Shown piece after piece: positions 1-10,789 of a DNA stretch of 64,000 nucleotides. Source of the DNA: Takakia lepidozioides (lineage: Eukaryota > Plantae > Bryophyta); assembly GCA_030704615.1 (NCBI GenBank), contig CM060731.1, positions 28,706,001 to 28,770,000 of the forward strand. Reading direction: 5' to 3'. Below the pieces are notes generated by a model, which worked only from the letters and a program-made list of their open reading frames with translations, did no database searches and was not told the origin of the DNA. Both the position numbers and the translations under genes were made by a program. The stretch's first letter is position 1. Every line of letters begins with the position of its first letter.

Positions 1-547
1 GATGAAGCTGCAAGTGGTGCAAAATCCGCACCATCCCCCAAAATAGACCCGTCCTCGAGTCTCGCAATCCATTGCCATGCCCGGCTGATGAATGCCCTTG
101 GCAGGGCCAACCTGCCACTACCAGATCAATGGAGCCAACCTGCTCCAAATCCGGCGCCCCCAGCAACGAAATGTCTGCTGGCAAGGCTTGTTGGTATCCA
201 CGAACTGCAGACACTGGCAACAAAGCAGGGTACTGCTGTACCAACTGAGCAACATGGCGCAGTGAGACGCGTTGTGCAGTCTCATCCCTCTCCACATACA
301 GGTAACGCCTTACCCGCACATCTGCCTGTAGCACAGCAGCCAATCCGGTGCTGATCCTGCCAAACAAGTCCAGAAGGCAAATGCCTTCATCCGGATACTG
401 CCACACAATAGGTGTGGTATCCAATGGTGACAACTGAGGTGGTCCTGGTGCAATACCCGCACTCTCCTCCTCTCCTGACGGTACAAAAGCCTCTACCCAG
501 GCTTGTTGCACCCGTCGATCAGCAACCTGCTGCACAATGGCCTTGGC
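1..547 (-). pseudogene. C5 cytosine DNA methyltransferase domain (DNMT3-like motifs I-V), continuing the gag-protease frame
   Basis: Manual translation is stop-free from 547 to the window edge: ...GICLLDLFGRISTGLAAVLQADVRVRRYLYVERD...PADISLL...IDLVVAGWPCQGHSSAGHGNGLRDSRTGLFWGMVRIL. Motif I is at 344-376 and PCQ at 98-106. Confidence 0.9.
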
Positions 548-2981
548 TCACATGACTGAGCCATCGATAGGATGATCCGGCTGCAGTCTAATGGCCAACT
601 GATGCCGTGTCATGCCCCGAGCCTGCTCTGATCCTCCCAGAGATGTCTGTATCTGGAAAGGACAAGGCTCCATATCCGCCTCCATGAGGCCCAAACCTGC
701 AATAGCAGCTCTGCCCAACATCAGTGGCTGAGCTCCCGAGTCCAACAAGACCCGCAGTGGCCGGTACTTCTTGCCTGCCGGTCCACTCAAAGAGAAAATG
801 CCATCCTGGTTGTCTAACAAGACAACTCCAGGTGTCACCATGGCGCACTCAAAGGCTGGCCTAGCTGGCAGCTCCGTCAACCTGGCAGCTGCAGCTTGCC
901 ATGGCGCAGCCATGGCAGTCTTGACCCTCAGATCAAAGGATCCCTCTGCCACTACACCTTCCAGTAACTCCGCAGAAGATGAAGTGACCTCCCCACTCTC
1001 ACAGAGTGTTGCTGCTAGTCTGAACACTGCAGCTGGTCTTACCCCCAGCGTCGCAATCATGGTTGCCGAGAACAGTGGGGCTTGACACACAGAGGTGGCT
1101 GCCCCCAACAACACACCGGCTGCACTAGCCTTGGCAGCAGGTGTCAGTGCTGCACGTGTAACTCTTCCCAATGGCATAGAAACCTCCGCCTCGGTAACAG
1201 TCGGGCGAGAACTAGGTGCCATGGATGGCGTTGACACTATCTCCGCCAAAGTGAATGACTGAGGCAGCCTCGCCTGACGGCTTGCCTCCCCACGTTGTGG
1301 ATCCAACTCCACCTCTGCACCTCGTGGCTCAGGAACTCGTGCTGCTCCTCGAGTCACGGCTGCAGCAGACTCCACCTGCTCTAGTGGTAGTGCTGCTCCG
1401 CACATGAATCCCATGCCTCCCATATCTCCTCCCTCGGGAGCAGGAGGTGGACCATCCCGCCTGGGAGCCGGTACCGCCTGAGCTATAGCCATTGCAGCGA
1501 GCCTCTGCTCTAGCTGCTGAAGCCGGTTGGCCATGCCTTGGTCAACACCCTGACCTCCGCGTCCGTGGCCATGTTGAGCTTGCCCTTGGCCTGCACCTCG
1601 TGCCCGACCACCTCGTCCTCTCTGGGCTGGTCCACCTTGCCCCCGGCCACCATTGTTCCCTTGGAACTGGCCTGGGCGCAACTCAGGATGCAAGTCATAA
1701 CACTGGGCATCTCCATGCCCATACTTGCCACAATGCCCACACTGCAACTGTGCAGGCTGTGTTTGTGCCGGCCTTTTGCCACTCTCTGGGCAATCTCTCT
1801 TGACATGGGGTCCTCCACATGTCCAACATATCACCCCTGGTTGCTGTTGGCATGCAAAAGATGCCACGGGCCTCTGCACCTGAGGTCCCCTGTAAGCTCT
1901 ATGGAACTTGGGCTGGGCAACCTTGCCCCCCTGACCACGCTGTTGGGCAGTCCCTTGTGCCTGTGGGCTGACAGCTGTGCCCCGTGCAGGCATGTCCTTG
2001 CCAAATCCAATTGTAACAACTCGCTCCTCCACCATGTTGAGCTCAATCCGCTCAGCCAGCAGAAACACATCTGCTAATGTGGGTTGGGCTGCTTGTAACA
2101 GGGTTGCATCTCGCACCTTCTCTTGAGCTCCTTGTCCAGAATTCCATACCAAAACTGGATTGCCTGAGCTTCAGTAACCCTTGGGTCACACTTATCAAGC
2201 GCCTCATACGAGTGTACGCCTCTCGCAGACTCTCACTGGGTTTGCGCTGGAAGTCTTGCAAACTTCGCAGCTTCTCTGTCCGTACACCTTGGTAATTCCT
2301 CCGCAACTCCTGGAAGAACTCCACCACCGGGTTGAATCTAGGCACATGTGTTGTAGTCGTGGCAGGAGGAGTAGTGGCACCTTTTGAACTGGTACCACCT
2401 GCAGAAGTACCAGCACTACTTGCTCCACTACTAGTGCTGGCAGTGGGAGCTATTGGTATTGATGCAGCTACTGGTCGCGTCGTGCCTCGAGTAATGGAGA
2501 CGTAGTCAGGTGACCAATACATCCTCCACTCCTCAATCTCTGCTTCATGTCCTCGCCTGAACTCGTGGTAATCGTCCATAGGCGGGCCTTCCAAATGCTG
2601 GAACAGTCCCTTCCACGCCATGAATGGGGTGAATAGCTGTGGATTGCGCATCTGCTGCAAATCACACCAACTGTCAAACTCCTTGATAAAGTCATCCAAC
2701 TCGATTGTGCCCACAGCTCCAGAGTACCTACGAGGCCCCTTGGTAGCTCCATACATCTCCTCCATGTCGTCCCACAACAATGGCGAATGAAAGTGCACAC
2801 CTGTTGATGAAGCCTCCGAGTCTGTGTCTGACTCTACAGTAATTGAGGGTGGTGGTGAAGGTGGTCTGAACCGAATACCTCGTCTTGTGAACCCACTCTC
2901 ACTGTTACTGCCTGTAGCCGTACTCCCCTCAAAACCCTTGGGTAACTCCGTAATGACAGTCACAATGTGCACCTCCTCCAC
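548..2981 (-). pseudogene. Retrotransposon Gag (capsid, 2x CCHC zinc knuckle) plus aspartic protease, frameshifted
   Basis: ORFs 2052-2981 and 548-2152 join if one G is added to each of two G-runs (~2178, ~2116), giving TQGVTEAQAIQFWYGILDKELKRRVRD. Motifs: CWTCGGPHVKRDC, CGHCGKYGHGDAQC, VLLDSGAQPLMLG. Confidence 0.85.
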
Positions 2982-3494
2982 GTGACACTATAAGGCTCTA
3001 GTACTAATCTAATAGTGACACGGGTGGGCACCTGTTGCAATTTAAAGGTCAAATGGCTCAGGGCACCTGCACCTGCATCCACCGCAAGAACTCCTATGGT
3101 TGGCTGGTCATCAACCCAGCCTCACCATAGAAGAAACACTGGTGGTCTTGCTGGCCATCACTCCAGCCTCACCACCGACAGCATACTCTAGGATTGACCG
3201 GTGATCAAATCCGGCCTAATCCCTATGAAAGCAAGCGCCCACACAAAACCAACATGGCGCACAGTCAAGCATGCAGGTGTTGGGGGGGATCCAAACACAA
3301 GAAATCAAAACATCAACACCCCCACACCAAAATCCAGCTACAATGCTGATCCTGCAGAATAGCCCAGCCCAAAACCCCGGACTGACTGGCCTCCACCAAG
3401 AGAGGCTTTGGCAACTACAAGTACAAGGTAATGAAAACAGTACAGAGATGGAGGGGAAGAATAGAAGCCCGACCAAACAAGATCTAATCCTTAT

Positions 3495-4244
3495 CTATGC
3501 TATCAACTGCCAGACTTCTCTCAAAGTGCCTCGCTCTGCATGATGGTAAGGTGTAGGAGGTATATCTATGTCCAGAAACCTGCCACTAACCTTGTCCCAA
3601 GCTACAGTAGCTCGCTCTAACCAACCCTCCTCCTCTTTCTGCCAGGTAGAGACAAAGCAATACTCCCCTATCTCCCGCTCACTGAACACTAAAGAAAACA
3701 AAGGTAGGGTCTGATAGTCTCTCAACTCGAAAGCTTTGAGACGGTTGCGGGTGTCCTCATTGCGAATGACTGCATCTCCTTCAAACAGAACAAACTTGTC
3801 CTCGCTAATGAACCCCTGCTCGTGGTTGCCTTGTGCAGAGCGTGTCCGGCTGCAACGCTGTCTGATTGCACAAACTTGTGTAGCTCCTGCTCCTCTGCTC
3901 CAGTACACCACAGCCTTGTGGCTGAACACCTTGGTCCCCGGGGCTGTCTTTGGCTGTGTTCCAAGCCTAGCTTTCACCCACTTTGGTATTTCACTTACAG
4001 CTGCAGAACTGCTGGCTCCAACAGAGTTCTGACTGTCCAAAGCGATATTGAGGCCCTCAACGCCAACTACAGCAGTCTGTTGTCTACTGCTAATGCCTGA
4101 CTCCCAGTATGCAATCAACTCGTCCAACTGTTCTCCACTCAAATCAGTCTGAGTTCCTTGGGAAACATAAATCTTGTCCCGTTGTGTGCACAGGCTAAGA
4201 GAAGAGACCTGCCCTTCAATTACGTCCTCATTTCCCCCAGCCAT
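3495..4244 (-). CDS. 249-aa ORF of unknown function upstream of gag inside the retroelement
   Basis: ATG-initiated, uninterrupted, protein-like composition, same strand as gag, between the putative LTR start and gag. Confidence 0.5.
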   Translation of the reverse strand: MAGGNEDVIEGQVSSLSLCTQRDKIYVSQGTQTDLSGEQLDELIAYWESGISSRQQTAVVGVEGLNIALDSQNSVGASSSAAVSEIPKWVKARLGTQPKTAPGTKVFSHKAVVYWSRGAGATQVCAIRQRCSRTRSAQGNHEQGFISEDKFVLFEGDAVIRNEDTRNRLKAFELRDYQTLPLFSLVFSEREIGEYCFVSTWQKEEEGWLERATVAWDKVSGRFLDIDIPPTPYHHAERGTLREVWQLIA

Positions 4245-4731
4245 ACAAGGAGGACATCCACAGATTTGTCTCTCAAATAGACCAGAATTGGTTCTAGAAA
4301 CAGAATTGTGGATCTTTCACGACACACTCACACTCTAAAAATTCCATAGATTTTTAGCAGAGTCCCAAAAACAGAAACCAGGTCTAGATAGGTAGATTTC
4401 CCCTTTCTGCAGCTATCCCCTCAAAAACTGAGTCAAACGGAGCTCATTTGACAAAGATATGACCAACCAGGCTCTTTAAACATTTAAATTAGATAAAAAA
4501 AAGGTCATTTTTTTTTTTTTTAACACCAAAACGTTTTTGCCATTACAACCTGTTCCCAGGTTATCTACGGGTTCCCGAGGCCGTTCCCCTCCAGGCTTCT
4601 CCAGGCACCAAGAGCTCATTAACTCCAAAACTCGACCTCAGTTGGGTGGGGTATCACACCCTGGAGGCGATTTGCTTTTCTCTGCGCGTAGGCCTGCCTC
4701 CTCGAGCTTTCAGGACGGCAAGGCAACAGCC

Positions 4732-4842
4732 ATGTTTACAGCACGTAGGAAGATTCAGAAGGAGAAGGGGCTCGAGCCTAATGAGTTCGAAGAGGCTGTA
4801 GCCCAGGCCTTATTCGACCTAGAGACTACAAACCAGGAATTG
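4732..4842 (+). pseudogene. RPS7: 40S ribosomal protein eS7 N-terminal fragment (37 codons)
   Basis: [37 protein letters not shown] matches the plant RPS7 N-terminus and similarity stops abruptly. Flanked by GGCGATTT at 4666-4673 and 4844-4851. Confidence 0.85.
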
Positions 4843-5349
4843 GGGCGATTTCAAGAGCAGATGCACTGCGCAGCACCTTCATGGCTTATGGACAGGCGGC
4901 CTGCTGTAATGTGGCCGTCTTTGCATGGAATCCAAGGCCAAGACCAGCTTGAAGTTCCATCAACTTGGTCTAATTCGCATCTCTCTCGAGTGATAAGAAA
5001 GCTTGAAAGGACACACACTCTCAACACAAGAAATATGAAATCCCTCAACATCACTCGTTACAACAGAAGTCGAGCCAGGGGCACCCCAAGCTGTGGGGAC
5101 TCCACCCCACAACAACCTACACTCCCATCATGAGCACACTCAGTCCTAAACGATGCAGGAGCTCGGTCGCGCAGGCTCAACTCGAGAGAGATGAGCCACG
5201 CGATTGCTGCTCTCGTGAAGATAAGGCCGTTCAGGTGTCAAACTAAACTTGACACCTGATTTAACACTTGACCTAAATCCAAGTGTTAAATACAAATAAC
5301 TAGCTTTATTCTAGTTGTTTTCACACTGTGCTTATTTAACTTGACATGT

Positions 5350-5500
5350 CCATCTTATATAAAGAGCGAGGAGTCAGCAGCATCATGTGCATCCGACATA
5401 AAGAGCGAATCGGACAGTTCGATGACTGGATGTAGCTGGCCAGAGGTGGAGAGTCCGTGGAACAACTGATTTGGACAGGACCAGGATTATGATTGCCATG
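5350..5500. repeat. Dispersed repeat, inverted copy of ~31650-31795
   Basis: Near-identical translations NPGPVQISCSTDSPPLASYIQSSNCP (5336-5527, -) and NPGPVQIGCSTVSPPPASYIQSSNCP (31633+, +). Confidence 0.75.
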
Positions 5501-7520
5501 CCTACGAACAGGCAGTAGATGTTCCATCTATATTGCAGGGGTGGATCGCTGATGGGTCGATCTACAAACATGGACAAGGTTGTGGCAGCTATTCCAGATT
5601 GGCCGAGGATTGTTGCGGATGGTTGTGCTGGTGAAAAGCAAGTCAAGGTGCTGAAGTTCCATGAATGATAGGGAAAAAATTTAGTGCCAAAGGAGAAGCC
5701 GATGGCTGTGCGCATGGGTTTGCATATTCACCTTGGCTAGTTCAAATTGAAGACTACTTTTAGATACCTTCAAATGGATGATGATCTGCTGGGCTGCTAC
5801 TGATTTAGAAAAGTATGGGCTCATCCACAAGCAGCCTTGCTCTTGGAGCAATCCTGAGCAAATATTATGTGAATTCACATATTTGAATTCAATTAAATGT
5901 TCTAGTACTAAGCATCATTAATGTAGCTATAATTTCAGATCTCTTTAGCCTTTGGACTATGTTATCTTTACTTTAGTTATTCTCTTGCAATATCCTGGAG
6001 CATAGGTAGTTCCTGAGTTTTCAGGGCTTCTGGATAATAGTTTGTTTAAAGCTTGCCCTGGGGGGCTTGGTAGGGTGTTACACCAATCAACAAAGATGGG
6101 CCTGGTTTATTTTTCCAGGACTCCCCTTTATTAATATGATTTACAGGGCTTCCACCCCTTTTATTCTTTTTTAAAACAAAATTGAGATTCAAGTGTGCAC
6201 GCATGTCACAAGCTTGAGACAAATTATGTAAATTGAGATGAATGGTACAACATTTTGAAATCAGTATCCTTACGTCCATTGGACTTTTGCTGCATACATT
6301 GGATTTCTTCTTCAGGAACATTGGTTCCTATACTTAGGGGGACATATTTACTTGTGTTGAACATTAAGTTGTATTCTCCATCTTTTCTTCTCTGCACTTT
6401 CTCAGATCTATGGAATGCCTGTATGAAGTTTTCATGTTGGCCAGATCACTAGGAATGCCTTACACACTAAACTGTCTTACAAGGATTTTCTGCGATAAAG
6501 GATCTTATGTGAGCCTCAGTGCCTTTTCATGTTGTTTCCATCAATATTCCCTCTGTTGGAATTCAACCTTGGTAGGTATACACGTAGCATTGGACTGTGG
6601 GCATCGCTAGTCCAGAAAAAATAAAAATAAAACAAAAAGTAAAATTGTATATATCACCGTGGCCAACTTTATGCCTCCTTGTTGCTAGCCATGTTGTATC
6701 TTCAGACTTCATCAAGCCTGAAAAGACAAAAAAACCTCCTACTTAGTTGACATTTGAAACATTGAAACTGGAAACTAAAAACAAACAAAAAAGGGCATAG
6801 CGAAGCAATGTGTTCTTGCGTTAATTAGTCATCTTGCCCCACCAATTCAAACATGAAATTGGCATAATGTCCTTAGGCAATTGGATTGAAAGCACATATC
6901 ATTGGCGTCGACAAGATTCAAAACCATGTCGTCAGTAGCTTTGTAGAAAGCAAAAAACCTCAATAGAGTAGGTAAGTGTAACTGAAGCAAATAGAGGGTG
7001 AGGTTAGGGGGACTACTACTCGAAAAGAGTTTTGCTGCCAAAACCATTTTCAACCCTGAAACAGAGTTCGACCCGAAGGTCTCACTGATATACCTATTTA
7101 TGCTGCTAGTGTCCACAACCCCTATACCCATACTCGGACCTATGCGCTCAGTATTGCTTTCATACTTGCGCTCACTTGCCCTCTTCCAAAGTAGATTAAT
7201 CCGTCCCAACCCCTCACAATCTGCATCCTACATTCTAAATTTGGAGAAAATATTTGAAGGTTGCATTTTTGTTCAATAGGATCATGTTTAGGCCATTTGG
7301 TTGATGTTGTGTAGTGTTTCATGCTCATTTGTAAGATTGTGTTTGCATGTACATACTGATGAGACATATTATGGGCTCTATATTGCACTCCATTGAAATA
7401 AAAATATGTCCAACATGGATCTCTAGTTATTTTAAGATTTCATTGATGTGCGGTCAGTCGCAGATATTCATGGAATATTCAAATTGGATAGATCAAGACT
7501 TATAGTGAGTAACTTAGACT

Positions 7521-7771
7521 AGTCAACAGTCAATAGCTCAGTTGGTTAGTGCATTGAGTGCCACCCACATGATTCTGGGGCCAAATCCTCCTACTTGACG
7601 GGTGTGGTATACTCTTCTCCCCCTTCCCTTGGACGGAGTCCCATTTCTACGCCTACATGGCGAGGTTATTGTGAAAGAGGTTATTTTCTCCTCTCCCTAT
7701 TAAGGGGGCTGATTTGCGAGTTGTCGCTCCCAAGTGTTTCCCTTTTTACAATTACAAAACGTTTAAAAAAA
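7521..7771 (+). mobile_element. tRNA-derived SINE, copy 1
   Basis: A box TAGCTCAGTTGG (7534), degenerate B box (GGGCCAAATCC), A-rich tail, 10-bp TSD AACTTAGACT at 7511-7520 and 7772-7781. Second copy at 63171. Confidence 0.8.
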
Positions 7772-8427
7772 AACTTAGACTCTTTAGTTCTTTCACTTTC
7801 TTCAACCACATCCTCCTACACAACAAAATTACAAATGGGATTGTCTGTTTTCAAGAAATGGATGACTCGATGATTTCCGAATTTGTTCATTCTAGTGAGA
7901 TCTTCCATCCAGTGCAAAAAAAATGCATTTTGGGTAAAAATTGGGTTGGTGACACTTGATCAAACCAGAGTAGATGAGTCAAGGGTCATCTTACATGCAT
8001 GGTACTATATCGCAATAACGTTTATCATGCGTCCTCAAATATATCCTTAAAATAAAGTTTATAGTCAGAAGAAATCTACAAGTAGTAAGTGTTCTGGGCA
8101 TGTGTCGATTGTCAAGTGGTCAAGCTAAATGCCAACCATTTGGAAACTTCGTCGTGGGCGTGAATTTAGGAGCCAGTGGGCTCATTTATAGTTGTAGGTA
8201 TAGTAAATTGGTGAGGGTTCATGGAGCCGAGTTTTTGTAGGCAAAACTTCTGAGTAATGTTATCCACACAACTCATATACAGCTTTTGTGTCACGGTTAG
8301 ATTAGGACACCCTCTTGTGTATATTGGGTTGTAATTTTATCAATACTAAACACGCCTCTTTTAACCATTGCTATCATCTACAATTCTTTTTGTTTCTGTC
8401 TCATACTCCCATTGCCAAATGCTAAAG

Positions 8428-9360
8428 ATGGAGGACTCTGAGAATTCACAGGTTATGGGCCACGCTTTGGGTTCGTAGAGAAGTTCAATGAAGATCAATA
8501 CTTAAATTTGTGGAAGTTTAAGATGGAGACTATGCTAAAGGCAAGGGAGCTGTGGGGTCTTATCGATGGGAGAGAAATGAAACCAACAAAAGAATTGCTC
8601 TTTCCGCATAGGAGAAGAAACACTAGAAGGAAAATGGGATTTTACTATTGGCCGAGAGAAAGAGAAACGTGCACTAAACCTTATTGTTCAAAGCCTTTCT
8701 GATGGTCAACTTTTTGATATGCGATAGGCCAAGACTACAGTTGCAAAATGAACCTATGAAGCTCTGATCCAAACTTGACATATAGACAAAAGCCTTATAA
8801 GCAACTAGCTGTTCATGACGTGAAAGTTCTTCACTTCACAAATGAGCTTTGGAGAACCATGGAGTACATGCATTTGAACTGTAAGTTGGGTTCCATGGTA
8901 GACGAGCTGGATGCCATTGGTGCTCGGATGTAATGAAGGTAATGGTACTCATGATGAATCTACCTCAGAGTTATGGATTTTTGGTCACATCTTCAAAGTA
9001 TTCTGTAGAAGCTGTCGATCCAAAGAAATGAACTTGGGAGGTGGTAGCTACAAGGTTGATCAATGAGGAACTGATCATGAAAGAGAAGAAGGGTCTTCTG
9101 AGTCTGAGTCCACTGAATCAACTATGGTGTCACAAAAGTAAATCTTTGGAATCGCAGATATAAGAGTGAAGATGTTTGTAACAATGAATAAGTCATTGGG
9201 CAAGAGATGTAGGAAGAAAAAAACTGAGTTGGCCAAGAAGAAAATTGAGCAAAGTTGAAAATCGAAAGAATGTCAAGCTGAGTGACGTGCTTTTGTGTGT
9301 GCATTTGTTGTCTTTTGCAAATCCGATATATAGATTTTGGAGCATCCTCATACTGATCAT
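8428..9360 (+). mobile_element. Degenerate Ty1/copia gag-protease remnant
   Basis: EKFNEDQYLNLWKFKMETMLKARELWGLIDG (copia gag N-terminus) and IDFGASS (protease DSGAS-like, ~9330), with many stops and frameshifts. ...CA followed by GGTTATGGGCC (8451) resembles a half-tRNA-iMet PBS. Confidence 0.8.
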
Positions 9361-10789
9361 ATTGCAGATAGTGGTTAAACAACTATGAGAGCATTATACA
9401 TAGGGATAATTCTACTCAAAAAGCCATTACAAAGAGGAAGTATAGATATTGTGATGTAATATAAAGATAACACCACAATTGGATTACTCATGACTGAAGC
9501 TTGCATGTCCTTGGGATGGCCAACAATCTTTTCTCTGTCTATAAAGCAAAGAGAGAAGGCTCCGGCCAAAACCGGCGTAACTAAAAGCCACTTCCCCTTG
9601 CGGTACCATCGTCCCTCGGTTACATGGTGTCCCTTGGACACCTGCTTTATCCAAAGGGCCCACCCCCGAAAGGGGGTTACCTATGGTGCTGGAGGAAGAT
9701 TGGATTCAAGTTGCCGCTTGTGGGTAATGATAGCCGTGAGGGAACGGAGCGCTGTGAGGTGTATTTCCTTACTGGAGGCACAAGAGGAGCCTGTGAACGG
9801 GCAAATCAAAAACCCAGTTGTCCTTTGAAGCACCTAAAAGGAAATGGGGTGGTTGTTAACGTAGTGGGGCTTGTGCATTCAGTCCTAGTTTCTTACTTCC
9901 TTCTTTTCAGAACTAGATCTTTTTTAGTCTCCCTCTTTTGGGGCTGTTGCTCCCGAGTTCATCTTTTGAGATATTTAGTTTCTAGATAGATGTTTCATAG
10001 TACTTACCCTTGCTGCATTCAGTATCTCTATGCTGCAGGGTCTACAGTCTGGTGAAATGTGCTCCCCTCTTATATCTTGCCATGTTCATCTCTGCTTGTG
10101 ACGTATAGTATTAGCTGTTGTTATGGTTCATTCTCACAGTTTCTTCATTTCCATTTTATCTCCCCCCTCTCTGTAGAATTGAAGTGGAATCTCAGTCCTC
10201 CGCATTATGGCTCTCTGTGAGGTTATTTTTTTCTTACCTCTTTTAATAAAGTTCTACAGGGCTCCAATCCCCCTATACATTAAAAATAAAATAAAATAAA
10301 ATCGTTCTTCCAATATGCATAGATTGATGCCAAGCCATCTCAGGCAGGTGTGATACTCACCGCTGATTGATCGATTTATTTTTATAAGTGTTAATTTTAA
10401 TGACCTGGTATTTCATATGTGTTAATTTTGTAAGTGTTAAAGATTGTCGGTGGAAACTTCCTAACTGTTAACCGTTAAAGGACGAGACCTCTTTTTGGAT
10501 TTTGGGACAAAACCGGCCCCACCTTCACACGTCAGCCTCTAGCTCCCTACCCCCCTTCATCCATATGGATGAACCGTACAAAGTCATACCTACCTACCAG
10601 ATGCATATGCACCCCAAATTTGGGGAGATTCCGCCATTTTGTTTGGGAGATTATAACAATTGAAAATGGTGCATTTTTTGGAAAATGAAAAAGAAACCCA
10701 AAACTTGATGTTTGACCAAGAAAAAAATCAATGTTACAAAATAATTCTGGGAAAAAAAGTGTCATATTCTAGTGTAGTGCTACATCCCA

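Larger units (their letters stand above)
1..4658 (-). mobile_element. 5' part of a Ty3/gypsy-type LTR retrotransposon carrying a cytosine methyltransferase domain (extends beyond the window start)
   Basis: Minus strand begins TGTGATACCCC at 4658, a typical LTR start. It is followed by an extra ORF, Gag with two CCHC knuckles, an aspartic protease (LLDSGAQ) and a DNMT domain. PBS, RT and 3' LTR were not seen. Confidence 0.75.

Noticed and set aside
1-547. Host DRM/DNMT3 gene or bacterial contamination as source of the methyltransferase
   Set aside because: It is intronless, in frame with a retroviral-type protease and contiguous with plant TE sequence. This is not fully excluded without the adjacent window.
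4537-5133. 198-aa ORF as a real gene
   Set aside because: Chance read-through across the LTR end, the RPS7 fragment and unrelated sequence, starting at TTG.
7524-7600. tRNA gene
   Set aside because: No cloverleaf, B box degenerate, and it continues into a shared body, tail and TSD, so it is a SINE.
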